IMG/VR virus record: IMGVR_UViG_3300027892_000146
Span: 1 to 25,049 of that record
Source of the DNA: a virus
Lineage: Duplodnaviria > Caudoviricetes
Length of the DNA: 25,049 bases
Direction: 5' to 3' (one strand)
Numbering within the stretch: the stretch's first letter is position 1; each line of letters opens with the position of its first letter. The position numbers and the translations under genes were made by a program. The notes under the pieces were generated by a model. That model saw nothing but the letters and a program-made list of their open reading frames with translations, made no database searches and had not been told where the DNA came from. Shown one piece after another: positions 6,166 to 17,000 of the stretch.

Positions 6166-6642
6166 GTGTTTCCCTAGGATTTATGTCACACATTTGTAAG
6201 AGGTTACTCATGAGTAACTTAGCCAGAGGCTCAGGGGAAGTATCAACTATCAACTACTACTTGACCCTTGGCTAGTCAGACATTAGTCAGCCTAGAAAGA
6301 AAATAAAAGTATAAGAGTGATAACAAAAAGTAAAACTTGAGTCACCTTGACTCAGCTTTAACAAGTCAAAATTATTATTTGTTATTAAAACTATCTACCC
6401 CCCTTAAAAATAATTTCACTAAGCATAAGACATTTATTTTTTTAGATAAAACCAGAGAATTAAAAGTTATTTTGATGTCATACATTTTTTATCCGGAAAC
6501 GATTTGGAAAAGTGTTCATTCTATGCATAACCTTCTCGCAGGCCAAAAGCAAATAATGGAAACCTTCATGTTTTCTTCCTTTTCGTCCAAGAATCGGTGC
6601 CCTGCCCCTGTACGACATCTCAAAACAATGTAAAATACAAGA

Positions 6643-7143
6643 GTGAAGAACAAACCGAAACTACCCAAGGAAGAGATTAAGTTTCTGCTATCTCTTTCTC
6701 AGGAGGCATTTACTGCCCGCCTACGCTGCCTCTGGGAAGCAGGCTGGTCACTCGGGATTATCGCTGAGTCTTTTACTCCGCCTAAGCCAAAATCAACTAT
6801 CCATTTCTGGGTCAAAAATGCCGCTCAGCAGGAGCAAATAAAGCCTATTCCAGAAACTCCAGCCAAGTCTCTAACCGTTCTCTCTCCTCTCTCTGATACT
6901 CCTAGGCTACGTTCTATATCCCTAGGTGTGCCCCCCGAGCTAAAACCTCGCTTAAAACACCTCTCAGGGCTTTCTAGACGGTACAGAGCAAAGAGTGCAC
7001 CAAATAGCGAACTAACCCTAGCAAATAGTGAACTAACTGAAATTGCAAAGAGTCTGCATAATCGAGGGGTCTCAACGGCGGCTATCGCGGAGGCTGCTGG
7101 GGTTACTTACAGAGCAATGGCTAGAAGGATAAGTAATGGCTAA
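6643..7143 (+). CDS. DNA-binding protein with two HTH-like motifs, leaderless
   Basis: LWEAGWSLGIIAESF...KSTIHFWV and LHNRGVSTAAIAEAAGVTYRAMARRI; TAAAAT 6631-6636 lies 6 nt before the GTG. Confidence 0.8.
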   Translation: MKNKPKLPKEEIKFLLSLSQEAFTARLRCLWEAGWSLGIIAESFTPPKPKSTIHFWVKNAAQQEQIKPIPETPAKSLTVLSPLSDTPRLRSISLGVPPELKPRLKHLSGLSRRYRAKSAPNSELTLANSELTEIAKSLHNRGVSTAAIAEAAGVTYRAMARRISNG

Positions 7144-7483
7144 GACATATAAGAACTCCTCTGGGACATACCTAGAAAAAGACTTAGTTGTTGCCATATG
7201 GCTAAACCCGCAGAAGCAGGGCGCTAGACCAAATGCCAGACGTTTAGAAACAATTACTTCTAAGGAATCTCCTCACCCAATTGCCTTTCCTATAGAACTT
7301 CTTAAGAAAAATAAAACCTGGGCGTCCTTTCCTATAGCACTGAAAAAAGAAGATATGGATGTATGGTTGACCCCCGAAGGTACTTCTAGAGAAAAACCTC
7401 TTCTAGTTCCTCTAACAATTGCTAAATCATTTCTAGGCTGGGAAGATTTTTACATACCTTCCGAGTACAAGGGGGTCGTGTGA
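7136..7483 (+). CDS. Hypothetical protein
   Basis: Overlaps both neighbours in an operon arrangement. Confidence 0.75.
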   Translation: MAKTYKNSSGTYLEKDLVVAIWLNPQKQGARPNARRLETITSKESPHPIAFPIELLKKNKTWASFPIALKKEDMDVWLTPEGTSREKPLLVPLTIAKSFLGWEDFYIPSEYKGVV

Positions 7484-7839
7484 ACGTGGTGGCAGACGTG
7501 TTTCCAGCAATGGTTGCTCTAGCCTTACCAGGTTCTCTAGAAGATATAAACGAGCTTTTACCTAAGGGAGCATCTCCTGCAGGCACTAGGCACGTAGATA
7601 GATGTAGGGCAATCCTTTTAAACAATAAACTTTTAATTGCTGTAGACACTCCTACAGGCGCCAATGTGGTCTTTAATGAGACATATATTTCTCATAGCAA
7701 GATAGATAGGGTTCATAGAGTAACCACTGAGTCGGGAAAACTTATTGCATTTAGTAAGGACGAGAACTGCGGTTGTGGTTCCCGCTTGAGGTCTTGGAAC
7801 CCCTATGGCTCAATCATTACCGTTGGAGGGCAAGAGTAG
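7480..7839 (+). CDS. Hypothetical phage protein with C-terminal CGCGS motif
   Basis: GTGA coupling, SD AAGGGGG; DENCGCGSRLRSWNPY. Confidence 0.75.
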   Translation: MNVVADVFPAMVALALPGSLEDINELLPKGASPAGTRHVDRCRAILLNNKLLIAVDTPTGANVVFNETYISHSKIDRVHRVTTESGKLIAFSKDENCGCGSRLRSWNPYGSIITVGGQE

Positions 7840-8130
7840 ATGAATAGTTTTTTTGAACTATTAGTCGCTGGTCTTGCGACATATAGGGTGGCAAGGCTTA
7901 TAGTAAAAGACGAGATTTTCTCTAGACCAAGAAATGCAATCTGGAAAAGGTTTCCTCCAGAGAGGTCTAAGTTTGGCTATCTCTTTACCTGTATGTGGTG
8001 CACATCGATATGGGTCGCATCACTACTTGAAATATCACGTATGATTATCCCTAATGTAGTACATCCAGTAGAGGTTGTTTTAGCAATCTCTGCCATTGCT
8101 GGTTTGTTGGCTGCGTATGAGGAAAAATGA
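7840..8130 (+). CDS. DUF1360-like membrane protein
   Basis: LATYRVARLIVKDEIF and LFTCMWCTSIWVA (CxWC), hydrophobic helices, directly upstream of the portal. Confidence 0.75.
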   Translation: MNSFFELLVAGLATYRVARLIVKDEIFSRPRNAIWKRFPPERSKFGYLFTCMWCTSIWVASLLEISRMIIPNVVHPVEVVLAISAIAGLLAAYEEK

Positions 8131-8170
8131 TTAGTCCTCTACTCCGCCATAGAGACGAGGAGTTAAAAGG

Positions 8171-9883
8171 GTGAGTGTTTTTAAACACCAAGAGCCAATA
8201 GAGCCTACCCCTATTGTCGCGCCTCAGGCTGCACCAAAAAAGACTAGACAAAGAAAAAAGTCTACTACTCGTTCTACTCAAATAGTTAGAAACGCTAAAC
8301 CAAAAATTACAGGCCCTACTGGAATATTTCTTTCCTCTAACGCCCAATCAGTTTCATACTCAACACCTAGAACTTTAACTGCTGCTGCAGTACAAATTAA
8401 AATTAATGACAAAGGCGAGTTCGAGCAATTCAAACAACGTCGCTCTGCTGGCTCTAGTGCATGGCAATCTGAAGCATGGGAATACTATGATGCTATTGGA
8501 GAAATCAAATACGCATTTAATCTAGTTGCCTCTGTAGTTTCTCGCATTCGTATCTACGCTGCTGCTGTTGATAATGCTGCAGAGTCTCCAGCACCAGTAG
8601 CACTGTCTAGCACCATTGACCCACGTTTAGCTGCAGCAGCCGAGCGAGCACTGGCTCGTTTAGATTCTGCATATGGTGGACAAGCAGGACTTCTTCGCGA
8701 TGCTGCACTAAATATTTCAGTTGCTGGTGAATGTTACTTAGTTCAAATGCCAGAACGTGTTGGTTCAGGAATTCCAGAGTCTTGGGATATTAAATCTGTA
8801 GATGAGATAATGACTGACACTCGTGGTGGATTTAATGTTGTTGGTCGTAGAGAACAAAGCATTGGTGGATCTATGGCATCCGACAACAAGCTTTCTAAGA
8901 ATGCATTCGTAGGTCGTATCTGGCGCTCACACCCTCGTTACTCAGATGAAGCAGATTCATCACTTCGTGGTTTGCTAGACCTTTGCGCCGAACTACTTTT
9001 ACTCAACAGAACATTCCGTGCAACAGCACGCTCTCGCCTCAACGCTGGCGCACTTTACTTACCAGATGGTTTGGCAGTTGCAGCAGGTGGCGACCCAGAT
9101 TATCCATATGACACAGATACCGAAGCCAATCCAGGCTTTACTGCAGAAGAAGCAGAAGATGAGTTTGAAGAGCAACTTATCGATGCTATGACAACTCCGA
9201 TTCGTGACGAAGAGTCCGCATCAGCAGTTGTCCCTCTTATCATTCGTGGTCCTGCAGAACTTGGCGACAAGATTAAGCAGTTTAAGTTCGAGCGCTCATT
9301 TGACCCAGCACTTGCTTCTCGCGCTGACAGAGTACTAGAAAGAATTCTACAAGGACTAGATGTTCCTAAAGATGTAGTTACAGGGTTAGCAAATGTTAAG
9401 TACTCAAATGCACTTCAAATTGATGAGTCACTCTATAAGGCACACATCGAACCATTGATGCTACTTATCGCTGATGCTTTGACTGTTGTTTACTTGCGTC
9501 CATATCTTAATGCGCAAGGCTTTAGCCCAACAGAGGTAGATAGAATTGTTGTTTGGTATGACCCATCAGCAGTTGCTACTAGAAACGATAAAGCAGCCGA
9601 TGCTGATTCAGGATTTGATAGAGGCGCTATCTCTTACGACTCATGGCGCCGTGCACATGGGTTCTCATCTATGGATGCACCAACACCAAATGAACTTGCT
9701 ATTCGTATGCTTTCTGAAAAGGGATCGATTAGCCCAGAGTTAACAGAGGCAATGTTAAACACTGTTGCTCCAGAAATGATGGGCGTAGTAAGAGAAACAC
9801 AACAGCAAAACTCTGTTGCTCCTTTGCCACCAGAGGTAGAGCAAGCATTACAGCAAGCAGTTGAAGGAACAGAGAATGTCTGA
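8171..9883 (+). CDS. Phage portal protein (actinophage cluster-B-like)
   Basis: 570 aa; WQSEAWEYYDAIGEIKYAFNLVASVVSRIRIYAA, GECYL, RIWRSHP, SRLNAGALYLP, SAVVPLII; first large gene of the head module. Confidence 0.85.
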   Translation: MSVFKHQEPIEPTPIVAPQAAPKKTRQRKKSTTRSTQIVRNAKPKITGPTGIFLSSNAQSVSYSTPRTLTAAAVQIKINDKGEFEQFKQRRSAGSSAWQSEAWEYYDAIGEIKYAFNLVASVVSRIRIYAAAVDNAAESPAPVALSSTIDPRLAAAAERALARLDSAYGGQAGLLRDAALNISVAGECYLVQMPERVGSGIPESWDIKSVDEIMTDTRGGFNVVGRREQSIGGSMASDNKLSKNAFVGRIWRSHPRYSDEADSSLRGLLDLCAELLLLNRTFRATARSRLNAGALYLPDGLAVAAGGDPDYPYDTDTEANPGFTAEEAEDEFEEQLIDAMTTPIRDEESASAVVPLIIRGPAELGDKIKQFKFERSFDPALASRADRVLERILQGLDVPKDVVTGLANVKYSNALQIDESLYKAHIEPLMLLIADALTVVYLRPYLNAQGFSPTEVDRIVVWYDPSAVATRNDKAADADSGFDRGAISYDSWRRAHGFSSMDAPTPNELAIRMLSEKGSISPELTEAMLNTVAPEMMGVVRETQQQNSVAPLPPEVEQALQQAVEGTENV

Positions 9884-11003
9884 TCAGTCAATTGACAACG
9901 TAGTTACCTCACTTGTTTCTGCAGGAGACCCTTGCTGGGATGGTTACAAGCAAGTTGGTATGAAAAAGGGTAAGGACGGGAAGATGGTTCCCAACTGCGT
10001 CCCTATTGATGCCTCAGATGATTCAGAGTTTGCAGCAAAAAATAAAAGAACAATCTCTCAGACTCCTGCTCCTAGGGGAGATAGAGTAAAGGGCTCTAGT
10101 AAAAATAAAAAGGGCTCTGCATCAGGTTCTCGTAAAGTTGTTTTTTCTAAAGCAGTAGAAAACTCTCTTAAAGAAAAAGCATCTAAGCACAATGAAAAAA
10201 GTCCTAAAGGAAGAAGAGCAACTTTAGGTATGTTAAAAGCAGTTTATCGCCGTGGTGCTGGAGCATTTTCTGTCTCTCACCGACCTGGAATGAACCGTAA
10301 CCAATGGGCTATGGCACGAGTAAATGCTTTCCTAAAACTGCTTAAATCTGGTAGACCAACAAATGCTGCTTATAAGTCAGACAATGATTTGCTACCATCT
10401 TCTCATCCTCGTAGCACTAAAAAATCAAACTCTATTACTGCAGCAGGTTTAGTTCCTGAAGAACAGGATTTAGCAAACGCGTTAATTGAGATATCACAGA
10501 AGTATGGAAAATTTAATCAAGATGAAGAAGGTATCTGGGCAGGCTACACGCCTCCAGCCGAAAACGAAGTTGCTTCTATCGGTGTTACTTGCGCCAATTG
10601 CGTTCTATATGCTGGCGGTTCAGATTGTAAGATTATTGCTCTACCCGTTGAGCCAACAGGAAAATGCAGATTTGCTGTAATACCTGATGGGGTTGTTAAT
10701 GTAGAAAAAAATAGAAATATAACTGACGTACGCCCCGAGTTGGATGAATACGTAATAGACCAAGAATTAAATATTGTTCTCAAAGATAAAGAAGATTACG
10801 AAACCGTAGAAGATGCAATTTTTGCTATGACCGAGTATCTAGGCTATGGATATGAAGCAGAGCCTGCAATTAGAGCAAGCTGGTTGAGAGCAGTTAAAAA
10901 CGGAGAAGACCCGTTCTTAAGAGCATCACTACTTGCTTCACTAGGAGAAGGTAGTTTAGATGCAGATTTGCTTCCAGTTTTAGAAGAGGAGGGTGAAGTA
11001 TGA
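9876..11003 (+). CDS. Multi-module head-associated protein
   Basis: ATG 9876 after GAAGGA; modules PCWDGYKQVGMK..KMVPNCVP, LKAVYRRGAGAF..QWAMARVNAFL..DLLP..HP, and a 4-Cys CANC..C..C module. Confidence 0.75.
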   Translation: MSDQSIDNVVTSLVSAGDPCWDGYKQVGMKKGKDGKMVPNCVPIDASDDSEFAAKNKRTISQTPAPRGDRVKGSSKNKKGSASGSRKVVFSKAVENSLKEKASKHNEKSPKGRRATLGMLKAVYRRGAGAFSVSHRPGMNRNQWAMARVNAFLKLLKSGRPTNAAYKSDNDLLPSSHPRSTKKSNSITAAGLVPEEQDLANALIEISQKYGKFNQDEEGIWAGYTPPAENEVASIGVTCANCVLYAGGSDCKIIALPVEPTGKCRFAVIPDGVVNVEKNRNITDVRPELDEYVIDQELNIVLKDKEDYETVEDAIFAMTEYLGYGYEAEPAIRASWLRAVKNGEDPFLRASLLASLGEGSLDADLLPVLEEEGEV

Positions 11004-14000
11004 GCAGAATAAAAAGAATCAGCTATGCCATCACTCCTGAAGGCCATCGCGCTAATGCCATTAAACAAGCAATAGATTTAAGAGATAGAGTTTTATCGAT
11101 TGTAGACGATTCTAACTTCTCTACATCTACTGCAAGAAAGATTACTAAAAAGGCTGCTTTCTCTGTAGTTATGCGCTCTCTAGAAGCAAGTAAAAGGCTA
11201 CCGCTTTCTCTTCGCGAGCACTTAGCAATGAAAGAACTTAATAACTACATAGCACTTGCTAAGCACAACAAGAGTGATTTTTTCTACGCAACTAATACAG
11301 ACTTACTGCCAATCTCTCACCCACGCTCAACCCGCGAACACTCTATGACTGCAAGTGCGTTAAGAATCTCACGCTCTCGTTGGTTTGCTGCTGACCCAAG
11401 AATTACAGATGAGAGAGCAAAAGCAGTTCTTGCTTCAGCATTTGAATCTGTACCAGGATCTGTAGAACATCTTTATTACAGCTCAATACTGCTTTCACTT
11501 CCTCAGGGGATAGTTCCTGGCGATGCTTTAATTGCAGCAACTGACGGAAACTCTTCAGAGTCTCGTAGTGCTCGTGCTAGACGTCAACGTCGTGACCGTA
11601 AGGGTCGGTTCGCCTACGAAGGCGGAGGAATTCGCGCTCTTATTCGTCGTGCTAGTGGAGAGATATTTAGCATCAGTGGAAGAGTAGTTGCTAATGCTAA
11701 AAACAGTAGAGACGTAGAAGTAGAGTTTCCAGATGGAAAAATTGCTCAGGTAAACCCTGCTAAAGGTGAGTACGTAAAAGCAGTACTACCAACCCCAGAC
11801 GGATACTCTCCTAAGCCAATAGTTCCAAGTGTAAGTGATGAAGTTATAAATGAAAAAGATTTAGTTTTTCTTGACGCCCCGAACGGTTGGGTGAAGGATG
11901 AAGCCTTTAAAGATTTTGGCGATAAAGTAGAAAGATATGTAGACTCTAATAAAGAGTTCGTCGTTTTTGCCTCTAAAAAAGATGATGGAACAAAAGATTA
12001 TCAAATCTTAAACGCTAAGTCTGCTGAAGAAATTGATGTAGTCAACACTTGGGCAGAGGTTCAAGACAGACTTGAAGGAAAAGAAGACCAGATACTAAAT
12101 CCAAAAGCAAGACTGCCTAAACAGCAAGCTGCTCCAGTTGAAACTGAAGGCGGCTTTGAGTACAACTACCCTGATAAAGCATACAAAATTAGACAAGATT
12201 CAGAATACGATGTTCAAGGACGCGTAGATGAAGAAAGTCCAGATTTTACAGATGACCCTGTTGAACTTGCTCAGAACCAAGATGAAAGAGATTTACTTGC
12301 TGCCCTAGAACAAGCAGTTTCTCCAGGAGAAGGTGGGGAGAATGCTTTAGGAGTAGGAGCACTTCCTTTCGGAAAGGGAGATGAGTTCGTCCCCGCTGAA
12401 GCAATTTTCTTTGCTCTACAAGAAGCAGGTATGGATGCTCCTATGGAGTTGGCAAAGATTTATGATAAAAAACTTGGTAACAATGCCAATGAAAAAGCAT
12501 TAAATGACTTTAGAAAGAAAGAAGAAGTTGTCTCTGGAAATACTCCAGAGTTGGCTGAGTCCTTTAAGAAAGTCACAGAACAAAATCCTGATTTAGAACC
12601 TCCTACCGAGGAACCAAAGTTTGATGCTAAAAAAGCAGATTTAGCCCCGCTTCCTGCATTGTTAGAGGGTCTTAGCGAAAAAGAATTAGAACAGTTTATG
12701 GAAACAAAAGATCACATCCCATACTTGCCTAAAAATGAAGAGATTGAAATGCCACAAGGCTACAACCCTCTTAGCCCTGAACCATTTGCGGCATGGAAAG
12801 AAGTAACTGCAGAAAATCCTGATGCAATTCTTCCTGAAGGTTTCTCAGATAACCCTGTTTACTTGGCGCAAGAAATCCCTACAAATGATTTATTAAAAGA
12901 ACTACGTCGCTCTGTAGAGCCAGGTAATGAAGTCCCAGGTGCTGCAGTAATAGCACTTCCAACAGAGGATGGAGAAGACTTTGTTGCCAACGTTCCAGGG
13001 GAGGCAGTCAGAGACGCACTTCAACTCAAGGGTGTAGACACCAACGCTGAGTTAAAAAAGATTGCTGATGAAGGTTTTGTTGGTCAGAAAGATGAGCCAA
13101 TCGCAAGTGTTCCTACATTTCCCGTTAGAGAAAACTACCTACCTGGTGACACGCCTGATGCAGCAGGACGCAAGCGTGCTCAAGATGCTCAGCCTGGTTT
13201 ACCTAAAGACGGAGATAAAAGTTATAGGGACCCAGAGAAGGCTATTGATATGGGTGGCCTCGGAATTAGGGTTGGCGACAGAGTTCTTCACAGAGGAAAA
13301 TATAAGACAGTAAAAAGAGTCGACGGCGAAGGCTTATACAGAATGGTTTTCTTTGAAGAAGAATTCCCAGGTGAAAACAACTATTTAGTAGTTGGCATCA
13401 AACAGCATTCAATTAAGCGTCCTCTAGAAAATGACGGACCTGAAACAGTTGATGCTGATGGCGAGAAAGTTATTAAACTCGACGGCAACAGGGTTGGCAC
13501 ACATGAGTTTGATGGCGTTGAGATGAAAAAAGTATTTGGTAAGTGGGTCATGGTCAATGGCATGGGAGGGCGCAAGTTTGGAAAATACGACACACTAGAA
13601 GATGCAGTAAAGGCTATTAAGGAATCTAGAGGAGACAAACCAACCCCAGTTGCTGAACTTCCTCTAGATACATCTGCAGATACTGATTCTAAAAAACTAC
13701 CTGACGGCTACTTTATCTATCGTAAAGATAGCGAGATATCACCTGATTTAGCAGGAATAAGTATTGAAAAAGACGGAGAAGAAGTAGGCTTCCTTTTCTG
13801 GAACAAAGAGACAAAAGTTATTGAAAATGTAGAGATTAAACGAGAGCACCGTGGTAACAAACTTGCCAAATCAGCCTGGGATGCTGCAAAAGAAATAGAG
13901 CCAGAGTTAAAACACGCTGAATATAGAACTCCAGCAGGAGACAAGTTTGCTCACTCTACTGGAGATGTTGTTCCCCCTCTTAAGCCAATCGGAGATTGGA

Positions 14001-17000
14001 CACAGAAAGATTTAGACGAAGCACAAGCACGTGCAGAGAGCAAAGAGCAAAAGGCTGAACTTCCTGTAGATATGCCTGTCGAGAAAAAGCCTATGAATGC
14101 TTACGAGCGTTTAATGGCAGAGCAAAAAGCAGAGGCAGAAGCAGTTGAAGAGCGTGTAGCAAAACTTAAGAAAGATGCTGAAGATCGCGTTGACGAGCAG
14201 GGACGTTCCGTTCCTGAAGGCTGGGGATTTATAGCAAAGAACAGACCTAACTTTGGTCAAGTAGATAGACCAGATAACTATTTCAATGTTTATGGAAACA
14301 ATAATTTTGAAGCATCAGTAGATGCTGACGGAAAGATTACTGTTAAAGACCGCAACGGTCTTCTTCCAGATAAGTCTTACGATAACTGGGAAGATTTACA
14401 AGCAGACCTAGAAAATCAGAAGTCAGAATACTCTGCTGCCGCCCGCGAGCGCGTAAGAGAGATTGCAAAGAAATACGGATACTCAGATGAGCAGATTGCT
14501 GCATTTGATTCTATGTCCCAGCAGGAACTTGCTGACTTCTTTGCTAACCCAGAAAACCACACAAAGGCTTACACCGAGGCACTTGATGATTTGGCTAACT
14601 CCTCTGCAATAGACCTGCCTAACCCTCAACAAAAAGCACGTTGGGCGCAGATGAGAAAAGATGAAAAGATTCTTGCACAGGCAGGCGATGCTCCTTCTAA
14701 GAGCGCAGAAAATCCTTTGATTCAAAAGCCTGCCTTAGACAGACTTGTTTTAGAGATTGATAAGAACGACGGGTACGAGGCTAACGGTCTTAACTTCCGA
14801 ATCAACACAGAAGCATTCGGTGCTAAAGCTGACAACATCGAGGTAACTCCAATTAATTGGGAGCCAGGAGACCCTATTGTTGCTCGTATTGATATGGATG
14901 GTGGAGTCGACTGGGAAAATGACGCTCAGTACGACAAGTACGCAGAGGCATTTAACCAAGCCATTCAAGGACTTAATCCTCCTAAAACTGCAGACCCACT
15001 AAAAGAAAGTAAAGAACTTAGCGAAGGCGATAAAGCTGTTATCAAGAATAACGCTTTTGTAGAAGAAAACGCTGGAACTCTTCAACCAACCGAAGCAAGA
15101 AATCTCAAGGTTGGCGACTTTATGTGGAATGCATTCTTTGGTCGCTACGAAGAAATTCTTGCAATGGAACCAGCAGATATGGGACGTATAAAGTTTACTG
15201 TCTTCAACGTTTACAATAACAAAGAAGAAGTTCGCTACTTCGAAATGGATTCTCCACTTCGCAATGTGCGTCGTCCTGGTATAGAAGATCAAGCAGAGCC
15301 AATTCCATCTGCAAAAGCAGCACCACGAGGAGGAAAACGTAAAGAAATTAAACGTAAGCCTCTTGGAGAAAGAATTGTTGGAAAAGAAGGTCGTAAAGTT
15401 GGTGGCAATGTTGATGCTGAAGGATTCTACAAAGATGAAAACGGAGTCCCTCTCAAGCCAGGCGATGTTGTCGTTTATCACGAAGAGAAGAATGAGAAAG
15501 CAAAAGTTTGGAAGCGTGGTGTTGTAAAGGCACTTGTTGGCGCACAAGTAACTGAAGGTGAAAAAGCTGGCGCAATGGTCCGTAAAGGTGTTCTATATCT
15601 CGACAACCTCATTGTTCAATGGGAGGGGGAAGATGCCGAGTGGGCCATTAAACAAGGCGGACGCGAGATGAAGGCTAAGAACCTAATCCGTCAAGAAGGA
15701 GAGATTGGAGATATTCCACTTCCAGATTTCCGTGGTGGACGTGCTGTCCCTAATGCAGGTCGATTAGTTGCACCAGATGCTATTGCAGACGATTTTAAGT
15801 TCGCTGTTCCTTTAATGGAGCCTGTCGTAAGAAAAGATAAAGACGAAGATTTAGAAGAGCAGATACGACGTGCCATGGATGCTGGAGATGAAGTATCTTT
15901 TAACTATAACGGAAAAACTAGATATGTAAAACCCGTTAAGATTTGGAAGAACCCTGTAAACAATAATGTAAACGTTACTGCTGTTGAAAATGGAGAAATA
16001 AAAAACTTCACCATTAGCAAGATGGGTTACATCGAAGACCCTGAAGGTGCTGCACTAAAGCGTCCTGCACAAGCACCTGCACCAGAAGCAAAAGTAGAAG
16101 TACCCGAGGCTGCTGAAGATAAAATGAACGAAATTGTTGCTCCTACATTTGATGCTATAGATGAAAAGCAAATTAGAGACGGCATTGCTGACATTGTGAA
16201 TCAAATAAGACTTCGTAGAGACTTCTACTCTAAAAAAGGCGGCTGGGAGGGAAAAACTAATGCAGGCACTATAGACAATGCAGAAGTTGCTATAAAGGCT
16301 TTCTCAAGTAGCTTTAATGTAGACAACCCTGCAGAATGGGAAGTAGAGGCTTTAGAAAAAGCAGCCCGTCGTATTCGTAGAGTTGGTGAAGGCATGGAGC
16401 CTTTAGCAGATGCTCTTGATAATCTTAAAAAGATTTTAAAAGATGAAAAACGTCGTGCTGTTCTTGATAAAGCAGCTCCAGAAGTTGCAGAGATTGATTT
16501 AGAGTTAGGCAATAATTTTGCTGATTTAGAAAATAAAGAAGAAATTATAAAAGGCTTTAAGTTTATTGCTGGCAAACTACCTAAAGAAAAGAATTACAGA
16601 GCGCCAGAAAACCTAAGAAAAGCACGAGGGGCAATTGATAGCATCAACGAGGCATTTGATTCTGGTGCTCAAGTTGATGAAATTAAAGACTATAATATAG
16701 ACATAGCAATCCGTCGTCTAGACAGAGAAATAGAAAACCCTGTTGCTACTATTCTTGCTGAAAAACTTAAGGCACTACAAAAAGATTTAGAAACTCAACG
16801 TCAAGCGTTAATTGATAAACGCTTAAATATGCCTCTTCCAGAACTTCCACCTGTTGAGAATATCGACAACGCTGGATTTGAAAAAGTAGTAAATGAAATT
16901 ATTCAGAGAATGCCTAGAAAGGGCAATGATTCTGTTGTCGGAATTCGTTTCCAATTAGCAAACTATGTTCTTCCTAGAGTTAAAAATGGATTTATAGATA

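Noticed and set aside
6337-6633. 98-aa plus-strand ORF
   Set aside because: TTG start without SD, AT-rich intergenic composition, overlaps the promoter of the 6643 gene
15085-15270. EARNLKVGD resembling a Hint/intein block
   Set aside because: No N-terminal Cys/Ser block A and no C-terminal HN; more likely an SH3-like barrel
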